Part shown: positions 13,201 to 24,134 of the stretch, one piece after another
Position numbering within the stretch: position 1 is the first letter of the stretch
Layout of the letters: each line of letters begins with the position of its first letter
Assembly (NCBI RefSeq): GCF_009914755.1
Contig: NC_060927.1
Length of the DNA: 64,000 nucleotides
Reading direction: 5' to 3' (one strand)
Source: the human T2T-CHM13v2.0 reference genome, Homo sapiens
The notes under the pieces: generated by a model
Seen by the model: only the letters and a program-made list of their open reading frames with translations
Database searches by the model: none
Told to the model about the DNA's origin: nothing
Program-made: the position numbers and the translations under genes

Positions 13201-13660
13201 ATTGTTTTTGACAAATGCCCTGGGTGATCTCTGAATCAAATCAAATGAACACAAGCTCTGTAAATGGGGTTTTTCTAGGGAGCACTCATTTCAGGTGTAA
13301 TAGTAAAAATTCCTTATGGACAGGGTTTTCGAAAGCTCCAAACACATTCTTCCTCCAGCATCTACTAGACTACTGTTTTCCACAGCTACAAAAGTTTTAA
13401 GACTGCTGTTTTCAAGACTACCAAATTTGTGGAGTGAGGATACTGTTCAATTCCAATGCTAATTCAAATGCCATCGATCTCATCCCTTTTTAGTAAGATT
13501 CAGGCCTTTTTCTTGAAAAAAAAAAAAACTTTGCAGACTGTTTTAAAGTTTTGGTTAATCTCCAGAGTTCTGAAAATATTAATTTTGAAAAATTTGCTAG
13601 TGTTTCCATTCCTTTATGGAGGCATAGATTTTTAGAGGCCCCCACTTCATCATTATGAGG
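10220..13660 (-). mobile_element. L1MB (MB7/8-like) LINE, deleted; 3'UTR, ORF2 pieces, ORF1 N-terminal relic and 5' end
   Basis: tttattaaatataattcac...aaaattcactgttttaaaatatac 3' end on the minus strand; ORF 12353-12565(-) MHRKKKIETVPKEVQILNMLDKAFK...SHQIETINKEREIIK resembles the old L1 ORF1 coiled-coil. Confidence 0.85.
12865..12895. repeat. (GT)n microsatellite, interrupted
   Basis: gtgtgtgtgtgtgtgtgtctgtgtgtgtgtg. Confidence 0.95.
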
Positions 13661-15250
13661 TGCATATCATCTGGAATACATATATAAGTTACCAAAGATA
13701 AGTCTTACAAGTCAATATAAAACATAATACTCTTTTTAAATTAAAAAAATTAAGATTAAAAAAACACTGGAATATACACTTTGTATAAAGAAATGCAAGA
13801 AACAATACAAATAGGATTTGGAATAATGGTAATCTTGGACGGGAAAGACATTGAGATGAAATGATGCTCATGCATGAATGAGAGTGTATCATAAAAAAAG
13901 ATTATGATAAAATTCCCTGAGTTCCAGCTGAAAAATGGAGTAATAAGTACTGTGTTAGCTTATGACCATTTCAAAATTAATGTTAAATAAAACAAAAATC
14001 CAAATGCTAAACTTCAGTTTTGCTAGACCTACAGTTTACTTACATGTATTATCCATATACTCAGGCACCGGGAATGATGTACACACTCTTGATAAATAGC
14101 CTAGAACATTCAGCATCATATTTTATCAACTACTTTTTAGTATGTGTTGGATTTGGGGTCATAAATTAAATTGAAAGGGCATATGTGTTTCCTGTTTTCT
14201 GGATTTAGCTCTGTAATGGAAATTAAGAAACAATCTGTTAAGATTTTAAAGAAAATTTATCTTCTATTTTTATAAACCTATTTTTTCTTTGAATATTGAA
14301 ACTCTCTGTAACTGAGATTTTTATGATTACCTCTTCTGGGTTACATGAACTACTTAGGCAATTGTGATGTTAGAAAGGTAGCCAACTAAGAAAGAAAAAT
14401 GTAACGCTTGCTTTAATGAATCTACAATCTGATTCCAAGTGGTCCTAGTCTTCAATAGGACTGCATTAAAAATACTGCATTAAAGATTTTTACTTTGCTA
14501 AAGCAAGCTATTTGACTTTATATTTTGAAGCATCATCATCGTCTATTCAAAACATGCTGTGCTGTAAGTACAGCTTTGCAGCAGATATTTATGCTTTGAT
14601 TTGCTATATCTAACCACTTAACAGGGCTTCACTTATGGACTTGGCCTGGGAATTTATTACAACATAGTAGTTTTGGAAAGATTAAATTTAGCAGAAAACA
14701 CTTAAGTCTTTAAACTCTACTTCCTGAGATTTCTTTATTTTCATATTTTCACTATGGCTTAATTTCTCCTTAACTTATTTACTTTAGGCTGCCTCATTTC
14801 TCCTTATTGATTTGATATGGAGATAAAAGCCTATAGAGCTAACACTTAGTGGAGGCAAAAAAAAAATTGAAAAAATAAGAAAGTATATAAGGTTTTTGTT
14901 TTTTTATTTTTACTCAGATTTGAAGACTTGAATAAAAGAATGATACGAAAGGCAAATAAATTTCCATAAATCTTCCCAGGTTGGTGATCCAAGAAATCAG
15001 TAGGAATTTATACTCTTTCACTAGCACACTGATAAGTGTTTATACCAAAATTTATTGTGAATATTGTCCAGCAAGAATAACAGAAAGAAAGCACTAAAGG
15101 AGTTGGGAAATATTATAAGACCCATGTGCTGTTATGTCTTTTAATTTTCCACCTCATTAACATCTTAGATGGGGATATGCTGAATATGCAGAAGTTGTAC
15201 TCCTTTATTATTAAATACTTCACTGCAAGCTATGTTTTTACATTGGCCTC

Positions 15251-15253
<3 letters not shown>

Positions 15254-15285
<32 letters not shown>
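15254..15285. repeat. (GT)16 microsatellite
   Basis: Pure gt run. Confidence 0.95.
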
Positions 15286-15289
<4 letters not shown>

Positions 15290-16640
15290 GTTTTACAGTG
15301 AACCACATCATTTATTTTTTAGAATAAAATGTAACTATATTTCATGGTATACCATACTAGAAAATGTCTGCTTTTAAACTTCATGTGGTATGCTGAAAAT
15401 AAAGAAAAACAAACCCAGGGTATATGAGGAAAGAATTGCTTCCATTCCTAGCTCTCACACTGAGTATCTGGAATCATGGAAACGCCATTTAGATTTTATG
15501 TTTTAGAATCATTAAAAATTAATTATTAGAAAATATTGTTTCCAAGGTCATGGTTATTTTCTGTTTTTTTCTCAACTCCTTATTTTATCATAATTTTTCA
15601 AAGTCTTGTGTTGTTTTGTGATAATCTATTTGCTTTCTGCCTGACTGAGTAGAATGTGAATTCCTGGAGAATAAACTCTGTAATTTGTTTATCTTTCTGT
15701 CACATATATTAATAGATTGTAAGGTCACTTTCAGCTTTATACCTACATGACGTTGTATCTTATTATTTTTCTTAATTATTTAAATACATAATTTATACTT
15801 TAATATGTATTTAACAAATTAATATATATATTAACATGGCAGAATAAGACCATATGTCCTCTGAAATTATAATATGCTTTCTAAATATGTTTTGCTCAAT
15901 TTGTATATATATATGCAGTTACCTTCTTTTACATAAAATTATTCTTGTACACACGTGTCTTTTTGTTGCTTTTCTCTTTAAAATGTAAGTCAATTGTACA
16001 CCCTGAAACTTCAGTAAGCAAAGAATAAATCACTTAATATTTAGTCAAGAGCTTAAAGTTACATGAGGAGAACTGAGTATATATACTTACATTTTAATTA
16101 CAAAATATGAAATATATGGCAATTGACTATTTACAAAATACTACATTAAAAATTCTTACTTTGCTAATGCAAGCTATTTGGCTTTATATTTTGAACTCAT
16201 AATCATTTTTTCCTCCTGTCTCATCATCAGTACATTTTAAAAAATTATTGTTTTTCTTTTTATCTACATCTCTGTGTGTATTAGTTTCTCTGTCTCCTAT
16301 TTGTTTTAGAATGATGGCACTAGCAAAATTCAGGCTGAAGAGTGGGCTATACTGGCTTGAGATTAGAGATTATGTGCATTCCAGCGTGGAGTGTCAGAGC
16401 CTTGCGTGATGAAGGAAACAGCCACACTGAAATGCAGCCAACCCATGGTAAGCGAGCCAGAACTGGATAAGAATGTCCTCTTTGGAAATATAGACAGTGA
16501 AAGATATTAGAGGCTAAGGAAGGTAAGAAGATGTCCATGCTGAAAGACATCTGACATGTGGTGTCTGAGTCCAAGAAGACTGAAGCAGTGTCTTTACAAA
16601 AGAGCAGAACAGTGTGTAGTATCAGCTGCAGCAGTGAGAG

Positions 16641-16728
16641 GAGAGCTGCCTGTGCATGGGAGAGCTGCCTGTGCATGGGAGAACTGCCTGTGCATGGGAG
16701 AGCTGCCTCATGCATGGGAGAGCTGCCT
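16641..16728. repeat. 19-bp minisatellite, about 4.5 copies
   Basis: Unit gagagctgcctgtgcatgg at 16641, 16660, 16679 (gagaact variant), 16698 (20-bp variant), partial at 16718. Confidence 0.95.
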
Positions 16729-17419
16729 GGAACAAGGCATTGAAGTCTGAGCAGAAGGAGGGTGTGGTAGGTAGTGAAGGTGACTTGTCATTGAGACTCA
16801 GCCCATGGGGTCACTGCCTCTGTGTTTGAGAGGAGGAGAAGAAGTCATAATAGGAATAAAAAATTATTCACATACATGGAAATTGAACACATAAGTAATT
16901 TATGAAGAATAATTGGAGCCAATTTTCTTATTGCTAATGAAGGTAGTTATAAACATGGAAAGGAATTAAATTAGCATGAACTCAGTGGTGTTGAAGTGGA
17001 ACTAAAAGTATGTGAAGAAACTCAGGAATTTCAGTAGATACAGATGTAGGATGAAATATAAGTTTTGCTCAATTTGTATATATCAATTTGTAATATATGC
17101 AGTTACCTTCTTTTACCTAAATTTGTGGAGTGAGGGGACTGTTCAATTCCAATGCTAAATCAAATGCCATTGATCATCTCTCAGATGAAATATAGATATA
17201 CATATACTATACATATACAACTAAATATAGATGTGTATGTGTATATGTGTTTATTTGTATATATGTATATACATCTACATTTCATCTATATATAAATCCA
17301 TATATAATAATATATACATATCTATACATAATCTCTATATGTATGTATTTGAAATATACATATGCATTGATATGTATATAATGTATACATATGCATTTAT
17401 AGGACCTCTATATATGACT

Positions 17420-17745
17420 ATAATTGACTAATGGATAAATAAAATGTCATATATACATAGAATATAATATTCTTTGGCAATAGAAAGAAATGAAGTACTG
17501 AAACATGCTACATACAAGGTTCAACATTTATAAACCTTGAAAACATTTTGCTAAATGAAAAGTAAGAAAAGGGCATCCAAAGTGGCAGGATACTAAATCA
17601 ACATACAAAATTGATTGTGGTGATGGTTGCACAACTTTGTGAATATCCTAAAAACTGTTGAATTGCACTTTAAATTGGGGAGTTGTATGGCAGTGAATTG
17701 TATCTCAATAAAGCTGTTATTAGAACCAAACAACAAAAAATAAAG
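17420..17745 (+). mobile_element. L1MB 3' end, internally deleted
   Basis: aatggataaataaaatgt...aaatgaagtactgaaacatgctaca...ttgtggtgatggttgcacaactttgtgaatatcctaaaaac...gaattgtatctcaataaagctgtt. Confidence 0.85.
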
Positions 17746-17851
17746 AATAAGTAAATATTGATAGTATCAGATCATAACCCATTCAATAAGATAGGAATAA
17801 ATAAAATCAGAATGCATACTGTGGTAATTAATTCAGAGAAAGTTTGATAAG

Positions 17852-18341
17852 TATATTAATTTTCTATGCTATGTAACAAATTATCACAAACGCAGCATCT
17901 TAAAACAGCTTGCATTTATTATCTTACTGCTTCAGGAATACAGTGTGACTGGGATTCTCTGCAAGTCTGCAATCAGGGTGTTAACCAGAGTCCTTTGCAA
18001 AGCTGCAAACAAAGAATTGGCTAGGGCTGGGTTCTCATCTGGAGACTTGAATGGGAAAGGTTCTGCTTCTAAATGCACTCATTGTTAGAAGAATTTATTT
18101 CCTTATGACTGTAGAACTCAAGCTGGCTTCCCCAAGGTCAGCAATAGAGATGCTAATTCTAGAGTAAACTGGCTAGCAAGATGGAGTCTTATACATTAAC
18201 AAAACAAATTATGATTGTGACATCCTATTGTCTTTGCCATATTTTACTATTTAGCAATAAGCCACAGTTCCATCCCATACTAAAAGAGAGAGGATTGAAA
18301 GTGGGAATCAATAGGGATCACCTTACGGTGAGTTTGCTACA
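17852..18341 (-). mobile_element. MLT1E-like MaLR LTR
   Basis: tatattaattttctatgctatgtaacaaattatcacaaa...gggctgggttctcatctggagacttgaatgggaaagg...tttgccatattttactatt...gctaca. Confidence 0.8.
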
Positions 18342-18740
18342 GTGAGGAATGGGATATTTAAATAGCACTAAGTTTAATCCCATAAATAACTTATTAATTA
18401 CAAAAATAAAAAGAGTAACATTACAGTGAGAAAAGGCTGGCACACACTACATTAATCAAGTCATCAAAGTGAATCTAACTTGTAATGCAACAAACTGAAA
18501 TTTCGTGGCATCCTATAGAATACAATGAAAAGAACACAGCATCACTTCTTTTTTTTTCTGCCAAATATGTATAACCTGAGTTTAGTCATGAGAAAACATC
18601 AGACAAGCCCACACTGTAGGGTATTCTACAAAATATCTGACCTGTAGTCTTCAAAAGTGTCAACATCATTAATATCAAAGTAATCAATACAAACTAAAGA
18701 TAACAAAAGAAACCTAACTGTAACACATAATTCTGAGCTG

Positions 18741-20600
18741 AGGCTGAATAATATTCTATTGTATGTTTATAACATATTTTATGCTTTATGCAATCATTGA
18801 TAGACATTTAGGTTACTTTCATATCTTAGCTATTGTGAATAATGCTGTAATGAACATGAGAATGCATATCGCTCCAAGATTTCAGTTCCTTTGTATATAC
18901 ACTTAGAACTGGGATTGCTAGATCATATGATTTTTCCAGTTTCAATTTCTTGAGGAACCTCCATAGAGTTTCCCATAATGACTGCACCAATTTACATTTT
19001 GACTGACAGTGTACAAGTGTTCTGTTTCCTCTATATCCTCACAAATACTTGTCTTTTGTAGTCTGTTTATTTGTTTGTTTGTTTATTAATAGTCACCTGA
19101 AAATGTGGGTGGTGATATCTCACCATGACTTTGATTTGAATTTCTCCGATGATTAGCAATATTGAGCACTTTTTCACATCCTGTTGGCCATTTGTATGTC
19201 TTCTTTTGAAAAACATCTCTTGAGCCCCTTTGCTCATTTTTAAATTGAGTTATTTGGGGTGTTTTGGCTATTGAGTTGTAAGAACTCCTTGTATATTTTG
19301 GACGTTAACCCGTTAAACAGATACATGGTTCTACAGTCTAACGGTTTGTATCCCCTGAAAATTCATTTGTTGAAATCCTAACCCCCAACGTGATGGTACA
19401 AAAAGGTAGGGCATTTTGGAAGTAACTATGTGGTAATGACAAATATACATGAATAGGATTAGAGACTTTTTAAAAGAGGCCAAAGAGAGACTCTTCACCT
19501 CTTCTGTCACGTGAGGTTATAGTGAAAATATGGCCATGTATGAACTAGGAAGTATGTCCTCACCAGACACTAAATTTGTCAGTCCCTAAATTGTGGACTT
19601 CCCAGTCTTCATAACTGTAAGAAATACGTTTCTATTGTTTAAAGTTACCCAGTTTATTGTATCTTGTTATAATGTCCTCAGTGGACTAAGACATTTGGTT
19701 TACAAATATAGTTTTCCCATTCCATAAGTTGCCTTTTCATTGTGTTGATTGTTTCCTTTGCTGTGCATAAGCATTCTAGTTGATGTTGTCCCAATTGTCT
19801 ACTTTTGCTTTTGTTGCCTGTGCTTTTGGTATCATTTCCAAAAAATTATTGCCAAGGCCAATGTCAAGTATCTTTTTGTCTGTTTTCTTCTAGGTGTTTT
19901 GTGTTTCTGGTTTTAAATTAAGTCTTGAATCCATTTTGAGTTGATTTTTGTTTATGGTGTAAGACAGGGGCCTATTTCATTTTTTATGTAGATATCCAGT
20001 TTTCTCAACACTATTTATTAAAGAGAAATCCTGCCATATGCAACAATATGAATAAACCTTAGAGGACATTGTGTTAAGTGAAATAAGTCAGACACAGAAG
20101 GACAAATGTTATAAAATGCCACTTACCTGTGGAATGAAAATAGTGAAACTCATAGAATCAGAGAGTAGAATAGCGGTTGCCAGGAGCTGGGAGGAAGGGA
20201 AAACAGGGCACTATTAGTCAAAGGGTACAGAGTTTTAATTATACAAGATGAATATATTTTAGAAATCTTTAGATAAAAAAGCAAAAAAGCAAAAAAAAGA
20301 GAGAAATCTACTAGACAGCATAGTGCCTATAAACAATACTATATTGTATACTTAAAATTTTGTGAATAAGTTAGATCTTAATTGTTCTTATAACACATAA
20401 AAATAATAATAATAATAAATAGAATTGGAAGAAATTTTTGGAAATGGTGGGTGTGTTATGACATAGCTATGGTGATGATTTCATTGCTATATATTTATCA
20501 CCAAACTCATCCAGCTGTATACATTACATATGTACAGATTTTTGTATGCTGATAATACCCCAATATGTTTTATAAATAAAATCTTTCTCTCCTGAAAAAA
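18741..20600 (+). mobile_element. L1MA10/L1MB1-like LINE with inverted 5' segment (18741-20025 minus, 20022-20600 plus)
   Basis: Minus-strand part begins ggctgaataatattctattgtatg; plus-strand part begins gaaatcctgccatatgcaacaatatgaataaacc and ends gtatacattacatatgtacagatttttgtatg...aataaa. Confidence 0.85.
19329..19693 (+). mobile_element. MLT1A0 solo LTR nested in L1
   Basis: aaaattcatttgttgaaatcctaacccccaacgtgatggta...cctcaccagacactaaatttg...ggacttcccagtc...ggactaagaca. Confidence 0.9.
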
Positions 20601-20889
20601 AATTGAAATGAAACCTGTGGCTACAAAGGGCATTATTAGGATAAGTTGTAAAAATTGAAAGGAGAATGAAGATTACACAGAGTATTTTATTCATGTTAAT
20701 TTACTGATTTAATCCTATTATGGTTATGTAGGAGAATGTACTTTCTTGAACACAAATAATAATGTTTTCCCGAGTTATCAGGAATGATGAAACATGAGTC
20801 TAAAATTGTTTTTAAAATAATTATTTTTTTTGTATTTGCAACTTTTCACTAGGGGCTTTTACTTTGGGGATTTTTCAAAATGAAGCAAT

Positions 20890-21068
20890 TGGAAACTTGG
20901 AAAGGTGGAAGGGTAGATAAGGGGTAAGAAATGAGAAATTATCTAATGGGTACAATTTACACTATTTGGGTGATGGTTACACAAAAACCTCACTACTGCA
21001 CAATATATCCATGCAACAAAACTGCGCTTGTACCCCCGAAATCTACTTAAAAAATAAAAAATTAAAAC
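20890..21068 (+). mobile_element. L1PB4-like short 3' end with A tail
   Basis: atgagaaattatctaatgggtacaatttacactatttgggtgatggttacac...cactactgcacaatatatccatgcaacaaaactgcgcttgtacccc. Confidence 0.85.
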
Positions 21069-21204
21069 AACTGATTGCTCTGTCTGCCAACATCAGCATT
21101 TCCTGAAGTGTGTTCCTCAACATTTTCATTGCAATTAAATCCCCTCCCTCCAGTTACATGTACCTATTTATCATTAATTTTGCATTGTAGAAATATTTCT
21201 ACTT

Positions 21205-21555
21205 GATAGAGAGTCCCCCTATGACCCTTCAAACACACATATACACAGCCTTCCTCACCATCAATTCCCCCACCAGATGGTATGTTTGTTACAATCAGTG
21301 AACCAACATTGACACATTATTGTCACTGGAAGAAGTCCATTAGGACTCACTCTTGGTGTTGTACTTTTTATGGGTTTTGACAAATGTATAATGACATTTA
21401 TTCATCACTATGGTATCTTATAGAATAATTTCACTGCCCTAAAAATCCCCCATACTTTACTTATTCATCTCTTCCTCTTTCTAGTCCTTTGGCAACCATT
21501 GATCTTTTTACTGTCTCCAGAGTTTTGCCTTCTCCTGAATAAATGTCATACAGTC
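21205..21555 (-). mobile_element. L1MC1-like 3' fragment
   Basis: ccccaccagatggtatgtttgttacaatcagtgaaccaacattgacacattatt...actcttggtgttgtac...tttcactgccctaaaaatcccc. Confidence 0.85.
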
Positions 21556-21940
21556 AAAAACAAGTCTTTTTTAAGCACATGAGAATTTTGTAAGCAAACT
21601 TGTTACTGTGCATACTTTTGAATCCTATATATTAGCATTTAAGAATATTTGACAATGTAATCACCATAGAATGTTATTTTCTTATTTAATTTTAGCCTCA
21701 CACCTGCTGTCTGTCTTAAGCTAGATCTGGCATGAACTTACTTTCTCACCATCCACTAGTGAATTTGTAATAAAATCCAAGATTTTTATCATGATCTGTG
21801 TAGCTTCCCATAGCCTTACCCTGCCCAGTTTTTTACTTTCATATAACTCTTCTGTTTCTGTACTCTCCAGCATCATTTACCTTTTCCTTATCTTTTATTT
21901 AACCTGCAAATATTGATTAGATACCTACTATGTGTCTGGC

Positions 21941-22250
21941 ATTTTATTGACAGACAATAATCATACATATTTATGAGGTACATGTGACATTTTGCTACAT
22001 GCATACTATGTGTAATATTCAAATCAGGGTATGTAAACTATACATCACCTCAAACAAATATCTTTTTTTCATGTTAGGAACATTTAGAATCATCTCTTCT
22101 TGGGATGATTCTAATCATTCTAATCATTGGGGAGGGTGGTGGGTGGTGGCAAAGAAAGTTTGGTTGATGAGTGAAAACCTACAGTTAAATAGAAAGAATA
22201 CATTTTAAGTGTCCACTAACACAGTAGAGTGACTATGGTTAATAATTTAG
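21941..22250 (-). mobile_element. Short L1MA (MA4-6-like) insertion with inverted 5' part, inside L2
   Basis: Minus: ttttattgacagacaataatcatacatatttatgaggtacatgtgacattttg...catcacctcaaaca; plus from about 22125: ttggttgatgagtgaaaacctacagttaaatagaaagaata...cacagtagagtgactatggttaataat. Confidence 0.8.
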
Positions 22251-22329
22251 TGTTAGACATTTTTTTATACATCGGGAATATAATGGTAGAACAAAGTTCC
22301 TACATCACGGGTTTAATTTCTATTCCTAA

Positions 22330-22870
22330 ACTGGCCAAGTACATTGCCACTTCTGATCATTATCATTTGTTTTATTTTTCCCTTACCTGAAATGCTCTTC
22401 TCCACTCTTTTATGTCCTTAATATATCAATTTAAATGTCACTCAGAAATATATATCTGAGTATGCTTCCTAAAAAGCAATCCCCTCCCACTAGAGTTACT
22501 GTTTATCATCTCTGAGTTTACTTCTTAGCACTTCTTACATGTTTCACGAGTTTACCCAGAAATAAGTGGTTTATTTTTCTTGAACCGTGGCCTTCAACTT
22601 GCTCTATCAAATTTCCCTTTTTCATCCCCAACTGATATCCTAGGCAATCTCACATATTGTCTATTACTTTCAACTACGATACTTTGAGCTATTGTAATGT
22701 TCAGTTCAGCTTAACATCAGAACTTCTTTCTCTTGCTCTAAGTGGATCTCCTGTTCTTAGCATTGTGCTTGGCACATAATAAAGGGTTAACAAATATGTC
22801 TCGCGCAAGTGAACGAGAGAATAACTAGATGAGTAGATAATTGGATGAATAAATGAATGAATGAATACTT
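22330..22870 (+). mobile_element. L2 3' fragments
   Basis: cctgaaatgctcttctcc...aatttaaatgtcactcaga; terminal cattgtgcttggcacataataaagggttaacaaatatg...gaataaatgaatgaatgaat. Confidence 0.7.
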
Positions 22871-22939
22871 AAGGATAAGATTCAATAAGATCATAAAAAG
22901 AATTATTTTCAACTCATAAGTTTTAGGGACCAGGCAAAG

Positions 22940-23200
22940 GAAATGTGTCAGAATTGCTTCTTTTAAGCTGTGTCTTGAAAGACGCGAAGTAGTTCACCAT
23001 GTCGACCTGGAGTAGAAAGCATTCCGGTCAGAGAAAGCAGGGTAGGTAAAGGTCTAGAAATGTGAAAGAACATAGCACATGAAGAAGACTGAGAAGAGCG
23101 GACTAACTGGAGAGGAGACAGTCTATTAGTCATAACAGCAGATGAATATAGAGGAATAGAGCTATTCAGAGACAGCCTCATTAGCAATATCAAATTTTTG
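22940..23200 (-). mobile_element. L2 fragment
   Basis: ttttaagctgtgtcttgaaagacg...agcattccggtcagagaaagcagg...aaaggtctagaaatgtgaaagaacatagcacat. Confidence 0.65.
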
Positions 23201-24039
23201 GTTTGGCAGTAACAACTTAGTCATCATTAACTAAGCAGGCACTGTCTTTTCACATTACTGGAACCCCCACTATTCCTCTGAAAAATTCCAATTCAAGGTC
23301 AAAATCAAAGCTTTCTTGTTATCACCTCTGAAGTCTTTCTCTACCTTAACATGTGAAGCTGATTACAATCTCTTCTATGCTACTTCAGTACAGAATCTGT
23401 GTATGTCTGAAATCCAACGCATCACTTAGCAGCCGGATTGAAGTCTTCCTGGAGCTCTTTGAAGAACCTTGAGTGCTGTAATGTCTGATTTATTTGTGCT
23501 CCCCTAATACTTAGCATAGTTCTTAGTAGTTGACACTTTATAAATGTTAGAGAAGTTTCCTTCTCAATTTTCCTGATGTTACCTTCCAACTTTGACAGCT
23601 TACACAGTACTGCCTTATGTAATAAATGAGCCATCAAAAGCAAACTTAAATATTGTCACCATATAGCAACAATTTGAGATTCTTTAAACTTTCATAAAGA
23701 AGGAGGGAGTGTTAGTGACTAAAAATATCAAAGAAATATCCTCAGTAATTACTGTTAAATAGTATTTTTTTTTATGTAGGTCAAAGAAAAGGGAAATGGA
23801 GATAAACATTTCTTCATTTTCTTCAAGACATAAACACTTCTTCATTTCATTAGATTTTATAGTAATGCTTTAATTCTCACTTATTCCTTCTTATATTTGG
23901 GAACCTTAGATACTTAAAGTGTTTTCCTGAGGGAGAGATTTTCACAAACCAAACCATCATGCTAAATAGTTGCACATGGTTGCGTATTTTGGGGCTATTT
24001 AATCTGACATCTTTTCAACTTACTTGGGTTGAAGCCTTG

Positions 24040-24134
24040 CTTTCTTTTTGCTACTGATTTCTTTTCTTTTCTTTTCCTTTCTTTTCTTTTCTTTTCTTCT
24101 CTTTTCCCTTCCTTCTTTTCTTTTCTTTTGCTTT
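24040..24134. repeat. (CTTTT)n pyrimidine-rich simple repeat
   Basis: tttcttttcttttcttttccttt...cttttcttttcttttg. Confidence 0.9.

Larger units (their letters stand above)
16840..20880 (+). mobile_element. L1MC3/4-like 3'UTR host, fragmented by nested insertions (pieces about 16840-17420, 17745-17851, 18342-18740, 20600-20880)
   Basis: ggagccaattttcttattgctaatgaaggtagttataaacatggaaagg; ttacagtgagaaaaggctggcacacactacattaatcaagtcatcaaagt; atgagaaaacatcagacaagccc; aaagggcattattagg. Confidence 0.75.

Noticed and set aside
16641-16728. CRISPR-like array
   Set aside because: Head-to-tail repeats without unique spacers, in a primate genome with no cas genes
16347-16750. Overlapping ORFs with repeated peptide motifs
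   Set aside because: Produced by the 19-bp minisatellite
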